IMG/VR virus record: IMGVR_UViG_3300032280_000504
Location: 1 to 50,170 of that record
Direction: 5' to 3' (one strand)
Source: a virus
Lineage: Duplodnaviria > Caudoviricetes
Length of the DNA stretch: 50,170 nucleotides
Positions within the stretch are counted from its first letter, which is position 1. The number at the start of each line of letters is the position of its first letter. Below, piece by piece: positions 18,893 to 27,602 of the stretch. Position numbers and translations under genes: made by a program. The notes under the pieces are model-generated. The model was not told the DNA's origin. It worked only from the letters and a program-made list of their open reading frames with translations, and made no database searches.

Positions 18893-19872
18893 GTTGCCGT
18901 CCTCCTGTTTTCTGGCAAGAGAGCCCTAAACTCTTCTTCGTAGGCGTAAGGGTTATCCAAATCGATAGTTTTAAGTTTTATTTCTTTAGCTGCTGGTGGC
19001 GGCGTCATTTTTGCTGTGATGTTGTCAATTTTTCTCATCCCGTTTTTTGATATTTTCATCAAAGTACCTGGGCTGATTGCATTGGCGCGCCAGAAGTCGT
19101 CTTTGCGGATAAATTCTAAAACCAATTCCATAAAAGCTGCATCTCGACCTAGGTGCTCCGCAACTTTTCTGATTTGTTTTGCAAACGACTCAGTGTTCCA
19201 GTCTTTGTACTGGGAAGTTCCGTTTGGCATTATCGATGAAGAAAAATTAAGCCACTTTGATCCCAGCTCAAGCCATGATGGATCAATCTGCTGTGCTGAT
19301 GATTTTTTAGGCTTCTTATGCTTTGAAGAAAAAATGTGGGTATTTAGTATTTTATTATCAAGAGCAGGAACAGGAACAAGAGCAGTATCAAGAACAAGAG
19401 GTTCGGGAGCTGTTCGGGATATGTTCGGGATGTGTTCAAGATCTGTTCGAGATCTGTTCGAGGTGTGTTCGAGATCTGTTCGAGGTGTGTTCGAAGTATT
19501 TTCCGAGACTGGCTGAGCCGTTCCGTACTTGACCCTCCTGATTGCAACACTCTTTTTTCCTGCATCTCGCTTATTTTTTATCCACTCAAAATGTTCTGAC
19601 GACCCTCTAACGTAGACCCCTGCGTCTCTAATTTCGGCAAGTCCAACGTCAACTAAAGCATCGAACCCTGAAGAAGACCAAATGTGTAACGGTATAAGAC
19701 CTTCGGATTCTCCAGCTTTTGGAGCCCAATATTTTTGAGCCAATCGTATTGCGCTAACAAAGCAGCCGCGTGCTTCGTGTTTAATGTTGCGCCTATTTGA
19801 TGCAAGTTTTTGCTCTAACAGCTCAATCCTGAGATCATCCCAAAAGTCATTGTCTAAATTGATTCTTGCCAT
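18889..19872 (-). CDS. Phage replication initiator (lambda O-like organisation)
   Basis: Upstream of DnaB; internal iteron repeats; C-terminal DDFWRANAISP..L motif typical of initiators. Confidence 0.8.
   Translation of the reverse strand: MARINLDNDFWDDLRIELLEQKLASNRRNIKHEARGCFVSAIRLAQKYWAPKAGESEGLIPLHIWSSSGFDALVDVGLAEIRDAGVYVRGSSEHFEWIKNKRDAGKKSVAIRRVKYGTAQPVSENTSNTPRTDLEHTSNRSRTDLEHIPNISRTAPEPLVLDTALVPVPALDNKILNTHIFSSKHKKPKKSSAQQIDPSWLELGSKWLNFSSSIMPNGTSQYKDWNTESFAKQIRKVAEHLGRDAAFMELVLEFIRKDDFWRANAISPGTLMKISKNGMRKIDNITAKMTPPPAAKEIKLKTIDLDNPYAYEEEFRALLPENRRTAT
19400..19498. repeat. Nine 11-bp iterons: probable replication origin
   Basis: Nine tandem degenerate copies of tgttcgagatc/tgttcgaggtg, next to short purine-rich repeats and an AT-rich stretch (about 19340-19400) inside the initiator gene. 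Confidence 0.8.
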
Positions 19873-19980
19873 AAGATCCCCCAAACAAAACAAATAGTGA
19901 TTTAACCAACTGGCTCACCCTGAGCCGCTCAACCAACGTGAAAACAAAAAAAATTAAAACATATCGAGTTTTTGAAAAAC

Positions 19981-20262
19981 TTATCCCCCGGTAAACATCT
20001 CTGAAACTCGAGGATTCATTTCAATCTTTGCAAGCATTGCAAGAGTCTCGCTGTCAAAGCCATGCATCCTGGCGATCTTTGCAAACTCGTCTTCGTCAAA
20101 TTTGACGGATAAAGACTCGGAGACACGCGCCTCAATGTCTGGCGCCGTCTCTTCGGTAATGTCTTTTTCGGATACGTTAAACGACATCCTCAAAACCTCT
20201 TGCGAGATCCCTCGGCTTCCTAAAAACGAATTTAAACGAGCAACATTCGACATGCAGATCAC
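19981..20262 (-). CDS. Hypothetical protein
   Basis: Coupled to erf. Confidence 0.55.
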   Translation of the reverse strand: MICMSNVARLNSFLGSRGISQEVLRMSFNVSEKDITEETAPDIEARVSESLSVKFDEDEFAKIARMHGFDSETLAMLAKIEMNPRVSEMFTGG

Positions 20263-20930
20263 CCCGGTATGACCGAGAGATCGGTGATGTATTCCCTAAT
20301 TTTCAAAGCGGCATCGCGCTTTTGAAGGTTTTTGCATTCGCTGTCATAAAAGGATTCAAGCGATTCTTTTGACAAGCAAACCTTGTTTTTTTCAGCCTGG
20401 CCAATACCCCAGGTTATCAGCTCCACTTTAGTATTTGATGACTCGGATGCCTTGGCGTTTTGCCAAGCAACTTGTGCGTGGACTTCGGCATTTTTTGCAA
20501 CCCGTTGAGCGGTGGTCGCTACTGGCTGAGACGCGGCGTTTCCGTCGTCGTCATCATCACTTGTAACCCCAACCATCGAAGACAGAGAATATCGCCTTGC
20601 ATAGGTAAGGGCTGATCCCATCCCTTGAGGATCGTCTTTTGTTGGCTTTAAAATATAATCACCAGCAAGGTATTGACCTGACGTGTGAAGTAAAAATGTG
20701 CGAAGCATTTGACGCCCATCAACAGCTATCGGAATCTGAGACACGGCAATACCGTTTGTCGCTAAAGCTTCGCGACATGCATCAAACACGGCAGGAAGGT
20801 CTGCATAGCGGCTTCTAAAATGAGGATTTACTGCGTCTTTAGGTGCAGATTTAATCTGCCTTTGTGCTTTGGCAAGTGCCGTTGCAAGCTCGCCTATTTC
20901 TTGGCTCATGATCATAGTCATAAAATTCAC
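20259..20930 (-). CDS. erf: ERF-family single-strand annealing protein
   Basis: NPHFRSRYADL, LLHTSGQY and QGMGSALTYARRYSL...DDDG motifs. Confidence 0.93.
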   Translation of the reverse strand: MNFMTMIMSQEIGELATALAKAQRQIKSAPKDAVNPHFRSRYADLPAVFDACREALATNGIAVSQIPIAVDGRQMLRTFLLHTSGQYLAGDYILKPTKDDPQGMGSALTYARRYSLSSMVGVTSDDDDDGNAASQPVATTAQRVAKNAEVHAQVAWQNAKASESSNTKVELITWGIGQAEKNKVCLSKESLESFYDSECKNLQKRDAALKIREYITDLSVIPG

Positions 20931-21505
20931 CCCTTTCGTATTGAAAAATTTATGTTTTTATTTGTTTTGAGCGCGGCAAAGTCAAAGGTCCTGCCCGACT
21001 TCATCGCTTTTGCGAGAGCCGGTTTGTCCCATGAATAAGTGATCTCGGTTCGAGTGACTTCATCGTTGTCGCTTAGAGCGTCTTCGGCGGTTGCTGGTCT
21101 GCTGACTTCAACCGAAGTGCTTGTTCGAATGGAGACTTGAAATGCTTCTCCCGGTAACTTTTCGAAGCCATTTTTTTCCATTGCGTGAAGGATGTAGCTC
21201 CTGAACCTCTCAGCCTCTGCCTCTTTTTTACGGCCGTGATCGGCGAATTTTCTTGAATACTCGCGGGCTCTTTTTGCTTCGTCGTCAAGTTTGTCTAGCC
21301 ACTCAGCACATCCATCTACCTTGGTGAGCAACTGATTCTTTAAAAGCAGTTGCTCGCTTTCAGTAAGGCATGTTTTTGGGTCCGGGTTGCTATCATTCCA
21401 GTTGAGGCAATAACTAATTGCTTCAAAGGTCATATTTTCGTGTAGAAGAGGCTTTGGGGGATATGGTATAAGGTCGATCGCGGTCGTGGTTTGCAGTTCG
21501 CTCAT
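20927..21505 (-). CDS. Siphovirus Gp157-like protein
   Basis: Coiled coil, YILHAM, WDKPALAKAMKSG; adjacent to erf. Confidence 0.8.
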   Translation of the reverse strand: MSELQTTTAIDLIPYPPKPLLHENMTFEAISYCLNWNDSNPDPKTCLTESEQLLLKNQLLTKVDGCAEWLDKLDDEAKRAREYSRKFADHGRKKEAEAERFRSYILHAMEKNGFEKLPGEAFQVSIRTSTSVEVSRPATAEDALSDNDEVTRTEITYSWDKPALAKAMKSGRTFDFAALKTNKNINFSIRKG

Positions 21506-21710
21506 CGCCGAACTCCTTGTCGCATAAGGGGTTTATCGTTGTGGGGACTAATTACCACGGCCGTTTTGGCTTTGCAACAAAAAAGTACCTGTCACGCAAT
21601 TGCTTTACCGGTAAGTATATTTATTTTAGTTGGTATAAATTGATAACTATTGATATTTATTGATTCTGTGATATTGTCCGAGATTGATTTAAGCGTAAGG
21701 AGAAGTCACC

Positions 21711-22022
21711 ATGCGCGCTAAAGAACGTTTTGGGCATAATTTGAAGCAACTTATGGCGCGTGATGGCATCAAAGGCGTCGAACTTGCCGAGCAGGTTGGG
21801 GTCAAGCCGAGCGCTGTTAGTCGGTGGGTTTCTGGAATTCAGTGGCCCGACGCAACATACATCGACCATCTCTGCGAGCTTTACGGATGGAAAGTTGAAG
21901 AGCTTTTTGGCTCAACACCTGGAGAAAAAGCAGAGACACAAGAAATTCCACTGCGCGACGCTATAGACGTCGTGTTAAGACATTTAGGCTTTGAACGAGC
22001 AAAGCTAATCAAAACAGAATAA
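21711..22022 (+). CDS. XRE/CI-like immunity repressor (HTH only)
   Basis: GVELAEQVGVKPSAVSRWVSG HTH; divergent from the early operon; no S24 peptidase domain visible. Confidence 0.8.
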   Translation: MRAKERFGHNLKQLMARDGIKGVELAEQVGVKPSAVSRWVSGIQWPDATYIDHLCELYGWKVEELFGSTPGEKAETQEIPLRDAIDVVLRHLGFERAKLIKTE

Positions 22023-22045
22023 GAATGACTTAGGAGGCCGACGGA

Positions 22046-22795
22046 GTGGCTGAGGTCAAAATCACATTCCCCGTTTCAAGGGCCGTCATTTATCCTTCAG
22101 TAGTAAGGCTAGCAGAAAAGTTCGGCATGGCGTTTGTCGCAGCAAGCGACGCCGAGCCTTTAAATTCCGTTGTCTTTACGTCTGAAAATCTCGACTCAGT
22201 TACAATCAAAAAAATTCAAAAGCTCTGGAAAATGGTCAAGCCCGTCAAGGGTTCTTCATTTACCATTGATGGCTCCTCGTCTTTTATGCTTGAAAGCAAC
22301 CTTTCAGGCGTCACGTCTTGCATGAAAGATTATGACTATGCCGAGGATCAAGAGGCCTATTGCAATGGTGCGGAAGGAAAGCCGTCTCAAGCCTTTGGAT
22401 GCAGGCAGCTCAGCGGCATTTCAAGCGATCATAAGCTTCCAAATGCCATGATCTTTACGGGAAGATTTGTTTCAAGGAATGTCCAATCACTGTTGGACCC
22501 AGACGGTAAAGCCTGGAAAAACGCTCCAAAGCCTATGCCGTTTTCATTGTTTGCAAAAAAAACAGACAAGGGATGGGTGATTGATCCCGTAAAAATAAAG
22601 GCGAAAGCTCGAGACCTTGCAAAAGGAAAGGCTTGCCAGATGTGCCCACATTTTTCGTGGGACCGCGTGGACCAGGCCATTGAGCTTAAGTGTGTTACCG
22701 CACCTGCGCTATTTTCTGCTATGTCAATTCGAGAGATCTATGGACTAGACGTTAAAGTTGGCGACTTTGACGATGGATTTAGCAACAGCGATTAA
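22046..22795 (+). CDS. Cys-containing hypothetical protein co-oriented with the repressor
   Basis: 249-aa ORF with an AGGAGG RBS; motifs C..FGC..L and CQMCPHF. Confidence 0.65.
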   Translation: MAEVKITFPVSRAVIYPSVVRLAEKFGMAFVAASDAEPLNSVVFTSENLDSVTIKKIQKLWKMVKPVKGSSFTIDGSSSFMLESNLSGVTSCMKDYDYAEDQEAYCNGAEGKPSQAFGCRQLSGISSDHKLPNAMIFTGRFVSRNVQSLLDPDGKAWKNAPKPMPFSLFAKKTDKGWVIDPVKIKAKARDLAKGKACQMCPHFSWDRVDQAIELKCVTAPALFSAMSIREIYGLDVKVGDFDDGFSNSD

Positions 22796-23079
22796 ACAGC
22801 TTTATTTTGAGACCCACTAGTTACAAAGGGAACAAGTTCTTCAAAGTTGTTTTCCCAGACGGATGCAATATCACTTAATTCTTCTAATCCGTCTTCAATG
22901 CTAATCTCTTTAGCTTCAATCTTTTTCATGATGATTGAAAGCCCTCGGGCAGCAGCCACGGAAGTCTCAAAAAACATGGATCCATTTTCTGTCTTTTTTG
23001 CAAGTCCTGCGCAATCTGGACTGACTGAAATTGCAATTTGAACTCGTCTTTTGCTGGCTTTCATTTTTGGTCGTCCCAT
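22792..23079 (-). CDS. Putative antitoxin / RHH-like protein
   Basis: Starts 15 nt downstream of relE; AGGAGG RBS; N-terminal MGRPK...VQIAISVS beta-strand and acidic C-terminus. Confidence 0.55.
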   Translation of the reverse strand: MGRPKMKASKRRVQIAISVSPDCAGLAKKTENGSMFFETSVAAARGLSIIMKKIEAKEISIEDGLEELSDIASVWENNFEELVPFVTSGSQNKAV

Positions 23080-23094
23080 TTGAAACCTCCTTTA

Positions 23095-23346
23095 TTAATA
23101 AGCGTCTTTTCTGCCAGATACTTTTTCTATGATCACCGTTATCGTTTCGTCATTCCTTGTATAAATGATTCTGTAGTCTCCAACGCGGACTCGATAAGTG
23201 TTTTCAAAACCTGAAAGTTTTACGCATCCATGTGGCATAGGGTTAAACGCTAGGCTTTCGATTTTTTCCTCGATACGCGATTTCATGACTAGCGGCAGCT
23301 TGTCGATCATCTTTCTGACTTTTTTAGAAACAATAATCTGATACAT
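23095..23346 (-). CDS. relE: RelE/ParE-family toxin
   Basis: NPMPHGCVKLSG..TYRVRVGDYRIIY...GRKDAY. Confidence 0.92.
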   Translation of the reverse strand: MYQIIVSKKVRKMIDKLPLVMKSRIEEKIESLAFNPMPHGCVKLSGFENTYRVRVGDYRIIYTRNDETITVIIEKVSGRKDAY

Positions 23347-23371
23347 GCCTACCCCCTAACTTATAAAATAC

Positions 23372-23398
23372 TCATCGGATTTTTTCAATATTTATTTA
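23372..23398 (-). promoter_or_regulatory. sigma28-like promoter of relE
   Basis: TAAA-N15-TCCGATGA versus consensus TAAA-N15-GCCGATAA. Confidence 0.55.
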
Positions 23399-23508
23399 AT
23401 ATAAATATCATATAACTATTATTCCAAATATATCGGTATGTTATGGTGAGTCCCTTCACCACAATTAGAAGAGTTTAGACTGAATCATTAAGACCTATTA
23501 GCGGGTCA

Positions 23509-24696
23509 TCAATTTAACGGTGACCCCTTATAGTCGGCAAAGGACAAAACTTTGCTTGCGTGGCGGTTGAGAGCCTCTCGCAACGGCTCGTCTTGGAAGT
23601 GGGCGTAATGGTCATAGGTGACCCCTGGACCGGAGTGCCCCATTAGTTTTCCGATGAGCTGCAAGTTTTCTCCGCTCATGCTCATCCACGAACCGAATGT
23701 TCTTCGAAGGTCGTGAATCGTTTTGTCTTTAAGGCCTGCATTTTCTCTAATGCGCTTCCAGGACCGGACCACGCCTTTTAGATGGTTTTGGCCGTGCCAT
23801 CCCCTAGCCTGATGAAGGCAAGGGAAAAGCCAAGGCGAGTTTTCGTGCTGAGGTATCATCTTGACGATCTCAAAGGCATCGTCACCCAGCGGTAGGAAGT
23901 GCTCTTTGCCGTTTTTCATATCTTCCCAGTAGAGCCTTTTTTGTTTGAAGTCTATGTCCTTGCGGCGAACCCTTAGGATTTCGTCCTTTCTTTTTCCAAG
24001 AAGGATGTAGAGCATAATCGCAGCTCGTGCGTAGACGTTTTCCTCTTCATTGATGGCCTTTAGGAGTGCTGGCATTTCTTCAAATGTGATGAATATGCGC
24101 CTTGCCTTTTGCTTAAACTTTTTGACAAATTGACAAGGGTTCTGCATCTGTCGGAACTCTTTAAAGTCACCCCTCGTAAAATTGATGGCCGCGCTCAAGT
24201 AAGAAAGAGCTTTATTAGCCTGAGACTGGCTACGCTTGCCGGCTCGATCTTTAAAATCTCGGATGTCTGGCGTATCGAGATCAATAAGCCTTTTGCGCCC
24301 AAGGGCTGGAACAATGTAGAGGCGGTTGATCTTTATCACTTCTTTGTACCATTTTTTTTCAACCGAGTGGTTTTCGATGTAGTAAGTCATGACATCGGCT
24401 ATCGTCATGTCGGATGCCTTTGGCTTGGTAATGTCGTTTCCGTCACGGGCCTCCATGATGATCTCGCGAGCTTTTCTCCTTGCCTCAAATGGAGTCATTA
24501 AATCGCAGGGACCGATGACGAATAATTTCAATTTTGCTTGGCGGCCAGATCCTATTCGACGATTTACAATGTAACTTTTGACGCCTGTCGGGTAAACGCG
24601 CACGCCAAATCCAGAAACCTCATCGTCCCAGGCCACGTATTGTTTGACCCGAAGATCTAAGTTTTCAATGTTTGTTTTTGTAATTTTTATCTTCAT
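23509..24696 (-). CDS. int: Tyrosine integrase with N-terminal arm-binding domain
   Basis: WDDEVSGFGVRV..TGVKSY arm domain; catalytic GKRKDE, HDLRRT, LMGHS and YDHYAH. Confidence 0.95.
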   Translation of the reverse strand: MKIKITKTNIENLDLRVKQYVAWDDEVSGFGVRVYPTGVKSYIVNRRIGSGRQAKLKLFVIGPCDLMTPFEARRKAREIIMEARDGNDITKPKASDMTIADVMTYYIENHSVEKKWYKEVIKINRLYIVPALGRKRLIDLDTPDIRDFKDRAGKRSQSQANKALSYLSAAINFTRGDFKEFRQMQNPCQFVKKFKQKARRIFITFEEMPALLKAINEEENVYARAAIMLYILLGKRKDEILRVRRKDIDFKQKRLYWEDMKNGKEHFLPLGDDAFEIVKMIPQHENSPWLFPCLHQARGWHGQNHLKGVVRSWKRIRENAGLKDKTIHDLRRTFGSWMSMSGENLQLIGKLMGHSGPGVTYDHYAHFQDEPLREALNRHASKVLSFADYKGSPLN

Positions 24697-24725
24697 CTGC
24701 CAATCCCCTCGCAATCCCCCAACGG

Positions 24726-24998
24726 TTCAAGTCAACACCAAGTCAACACCGTGGCCCAAACGTAGTCAATAATTAGGCAGTTGTAAAGCCATTAAATAGT
24801 TGATTTAATTGACATGTGTAATTTAAACGTGCTTAAAAAAATCTCAGTAAATTCATTTTTTCAAGGATTTAAAATCCCCCGCCAAAAAAGCGTGCCAGTT
24901 CAAGTCTGGCCGGGAGCACCAACAAAATCAAAGACTTATCCTATCTAAAAATTAATCAGCAAATTTTGTCACTTTCAAGTCAACACCAAGTCAACACC
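24726..24998. mobile_element. attP with arm-type sites and IHF sites
   Basis: The 25-bp ttcaagtcaacaccaagtcaacacc (two caagtcaacac units) occurs at 24726-24750 and 24974-24998. IHF consensus WATCAANNNNTTR matches at 24793-24805 (minus) and 24926-24938 (plus). A tRNA fragment lies between them. Confidence 0.88.
24865..24921 (+). tRNA. 3' fragment of tRNA-Leu(TAA) forming the att core (not a complete tRNA)
   Basis: Anticodon arm gga-tttaaaa-tcc, long variable arm, T-arm gccag-ttcaagt-ctggc, then cgggagc-A-CCA. No 5' acceptor strand or D-arm upstream. Confidence 0.85.
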
Positions 24999-25146
24999 AA
25001 TTGAAAATGATCCCCCGAACTTAAACCTCAATTAACCACCGACTTCAATTCCACCAAATTGATCTTGCTCAAGTGGTTTTCGACTGAAAATATAAATCAA
25101 AGCTGAACCAAGATGGTAAGGCAATCGATTTTATCCGGAGGCTAGG

Positions 25147-25680
25147 ATGGCATCACCGGTCAATCTATCTATTAGCATCGCCTGCGAGGGCGCGCGCAAG
25201 CTCCCCATCTCATCACTCAAAGAGTTTCAAGGTGACCTCAAGTCTTTGTCGGTCGATAACTTTGAACGCCTCAAAAACGAAATCATCGAACGTGGATTTT
25301 CTGCGCCGTTCTTTGTCTGGCAAAATGATCAAACTAACTACCTCCTAGACGGCCACCAGCGCTTTAGAACACTGAAGGCTATGGCAAAGGAAGGCTATCA
25401 GATCCCAGATCTACCGGTCGTCCTGATCGAGGCTAAAAACAAAAAAGAAGCTAAGCACAAGCTCTTATCCTACGCCTCTCAGTACGGGAAAATTGAAAGC
25501 CAAGGCTTGTATGAATTTGCCGGTGACGCTGGATTTACTCTTGAAGAATTAAAAGACCACTTCTCATTTCCAGACGTCGACTTCGATAGCTTTCAAGAAG
25601 AGTTTTTTGACGTCGACACAGAAAAAGACGAAGCGCCGGATGAAGTGATTTCTCCCAAGTGTCCCACTTGCGGCAAGTGA
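25147..25680 (+). CDS. ParB-like N-terminal domain protein with C-terminal zinc ribbon
   Basis: GFSAPFFVW...LLDGHQR; ends in CPTCGK. Confidence 0.8.
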   Translation: MASPVNLSISIACEGARKLPISSLKEFQGDLKSLSVDNFERLKNEIIERGFSAPFFVWQNDQTNYLLDGHQRFRTLKAMAKEGYQIPDLPVVLIEAKNKKEAKHKLLSYASQYGKIESQGLYEFAGDAGFTLEELKDHFSFPDVDFDSFQEEFFDVDTEKDEAPDEVISPKCPTCGK

Positions 25681-25683
25681 GCC

Positions 25684-26043
25684 ATGAACGAGTCAGACTT
25701 ACAACGAGCAGCGTCTGCGTGGATGACCAGCCACGGAATCAAGTGGTGGCGTATGCCAATCGGCGGAGTAATGCACCAGGTGGGCGGGAAGATGGTTTAT
25801 AAAAAGAACCCGCTAAAGGGCTTCCCGGACATTGCTGGTGTCTTAAAGCGCAGGGACCGAGGCCGGTTTTTTGCAATTGAACTAAAGACCAAGACGGGCA
25901 AGCTGTCGCCTGAGCAAATCATGTGGCAGATAGCCCTAGACGACGCTGGGGCTGCCGTAGGGGTTATACGGTCTATTGAAGACCTGGAGGCGTTCTTTAT
26001 GGAACATGGGGAGCTAAGGCCATCCCTGAGCCAAGGAGCTTGA
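25684..26043 (+). CDS. VRR-NUC domain nuclease
   Basis: ESDLQ, GFPDI and AIELKTKTGKLSPEQ motifs. Confidence 0.88.
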   Translation: MNESDLQRAASAWMTSHGIKWWRMPIGGVMHQVGGKMVYKKNPLKGFPDIAGVLKRRDRGRFFAIELKTKTGKLSPEQIMWQIALDDAGAAVGVIRSIEDLEAFFMEHGELRPSLSQGA

Positions 26044-26045
26044 GT

Positions 26046-26261
26046 CTACTTATTTCCGCGCCTATCTGGACCACTCATGTAAATCACATTCTCTTTGCCT
26101 TTAGCATCTTTAATTTTATGAAGGCGCTCAGCCAGGTGATCGACAAGGTGGCCAATACCTGAAACCTCCTCGTGGCTCATCCCGCTTGTCGACGACATCA
26201 GCAAATTCGCGAGAGACCTGGTCATGTGAATCACTTCGTCAAATTCAATTTCTGAGTCCAT
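26046..26261 (-). CDS. Small helical protein, paralogue of 29985..30155
   Basis: LANLLMSSTSGMSHEEVSGIGHLVDHLAERL aligns with LAKLLRSSTEGLEPHEVEGISHIMQDLADRL. Confidence 0.7.
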   Translation of the reverse strand: MDSEIEFDEVIHMTRSLANLLMSSTSGMSHEEVSGIGHLVDHLAERLHKIKDAKGKENVIYMSGPDRRGNK

Positions 26262-26305
26262 TTTTATCTCCTTATGTAATAAATTAATTCAATAATTACG
26301 TGTGC

Positions 26306-26518
26306 TTAAAAATCTATTATACCCTTACGTGTAATAGACTTCTCGTCGTCTGATTGCTCAAGATCACGCAATACATCAGCCATCGTCTTGTAAATCAATT
26401 CGCGACTTCCGCACTTCGAGCACTTAACCTGCTTGACCCCGTGCTGGTACATTGACAGGTCGCACTCCTTGCAAGTGGAGACGATCATCCCTAAAAAACT
26501 TTGGCGGCTGTCATTCAT
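26306..26518 (-). CDS. Small zinc-ribbon protein
   Basis: CKEC...CSKC. Confidence 0.6.
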   Translation of the reverse strand: MNDSRQSFLGMIVSTCKECDLSMYQHGVKQVKCSKCGSRELIYKTMADVLRDLEQSDDEKSITRKGIIDF

Positions 26519-26838
26519 TGGCGCACCTTTTTGATGTCCAAGACGGCATAGACAGACACCTTCTCAAAGTCGCTAAAACGCTCTCCAAGCTCTGATCTTA
26601 AAAGATCCTTGTCCAGGTCACGGCGTTCACGCATCGTGCGTGTGAGGGCATATTCTCCCGCGATAATGATGTTGGATGCGCCAAGGTTGGAGTCAATGAT
26701 GGGGCGAAGCTGCTTGGCTTCAGCCTCCAGGGCTCGGATCTGCTCGCGGATTTCGTAGGTGCGGTCGATTGCGTGGACAAGAGATGCGGCGCTTGCTTGT
26801 GTCTTCGATGCTTTAGCGGTCTTCAATACAGTAGCCAT
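26515..26838 (-). CDS. Hypothetical coiled-coil phage protein
   Basis: First gene after the repeated leader; AGGGG RBS. Confidence 0.65.
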   Translation of the reverse strand: MATVLKTAKASKTQASAASLVHAIDRTYEIREQIRALEAEAKQLRPIIDSNLGASNIIIAGEYALTRTMRERRDLDKDLLRSELGERFSDFEKVSVYAVLDIKKVRQ

Positions 26839-26868
26839 GATTCATTTCCCCTTAGGGTTAAATGGCCT

Positions 26869-26929
26869 TGGGAACCAACTCCCTGCCACTTTATGAGATA
26901 CTTATCGGCATTTTCTCTGCTATCGCTTA
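26869..26929 (-). promoter_or_regulatory. sigma28-like promoter plus conserved 40-bp leader, copy 1
   Basis: TAAG-N16-GCCGATAA; 26869-26908 matches 27944-27983 at 37 of 40 positions. Confidence 0.7.
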
Positions 26930-27020
26930 CTAATCCTTTTTTTATTCGTAAATACAGGCTCTTATTAACGCTAATTTCTATGTTTTTGTAACTTATTGAT
27001 ATCATTGGTTATAATTTAGC

Positions 27021-27047
27021 TAATGATTTCAGACACTATGCCGATAC
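27021..27047 (+). promoter_or_regulatory. sigma28-like promoter of RHH paralogue 1
   Basis: TAAT-N15-GCCGATAC; shares gctaatgattt-N7-tatgccgatacg with 28094-28123. Confidence 0.7.
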
Positions 27048-27073
27048 GTCTATGACCTGGGAGGGTAATCCTA

Positions 27074-27325
27074 ATGGTGCGAAAAAAAATTGTAATCGAC
27101 GGAGAAGAAATCAGCTCAAGGTTAAACCTGGCAATAACTCCGGCAATGGAAAGACATTTGGACGCAATCTGTTTAATTACTGGAAGCGACAGAACAGAGA
27201 TCTTGAGAGATCTTTTGGGGCAATTTATTAAGTCGTTCTGCGAAAAAAACTCTGACAATCCGATTGTCGAGGCAATGAAAAAAGAAAGTTCAGACGCAGT
27301 GGTAAATAAACTTTCGACGAAGTGA
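27074..27325 (+). CDS. Ribbon-helix-helix-like regulator, paralogue 1
   Basis: RLNLAITPAMERHLDAICLITGSDRTEILRDLL: beta-strand plus two helices. Confidence 0.7.
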   Translation: MVRKKIVIDGEEISSRLNLAITPAMERHLDAICLITGSDRTEILRDLLGQFIKSFCEKNSDNPIVEAMKKESSDAVVNKLSTK

Positions 27326-27337
27326 AAAGAGCCTCGA

Positions 27338-27574
27338 ATGGCAAGACCAAGAAAATTTATAGACGGCGTACCAGCAACTAAGCGTTTGGCATTTAACGTA
27401 ACACCACAAATTGAGGCAGAGTTGGAAATGATTGCGTCGCTGTTAGGGATTGAGGTTGGAGACATTATTCGCGAACTATTGAACGAGTATACATCCACCA
27501 CGCTTGAACGCATCCACAGTGGTGAAATAACCAACGAAACAATCGAGCGCGTTCTAAAAAAACAGGGCACTTGA
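27338..27574 (+). CDS. RHH-like regulator, paralogue 2 (more divergent)
   Basis: RLAFNVTPQIEAELEMIASLLGIEVGDIIRELL. Confidence 0.65.
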   Translation: MARPRKFIDGVPATKRLAFNVTPQIEAELEMIASLLGIEVGDIIRELLNEYTSTTLERIHSGEITNETIERVLKKQGT

Positions 27575-27602
27575 TCACGATGATTCATAAAAGCCACCTT
27601 TT

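Noticed and set aside
24840-24921. Complete phage-encoded tRNA-Leu
   Set aside because: The upstream sequence has no D-arm or 5' acceptor strand complementary to cgggagc; it is only the att core.
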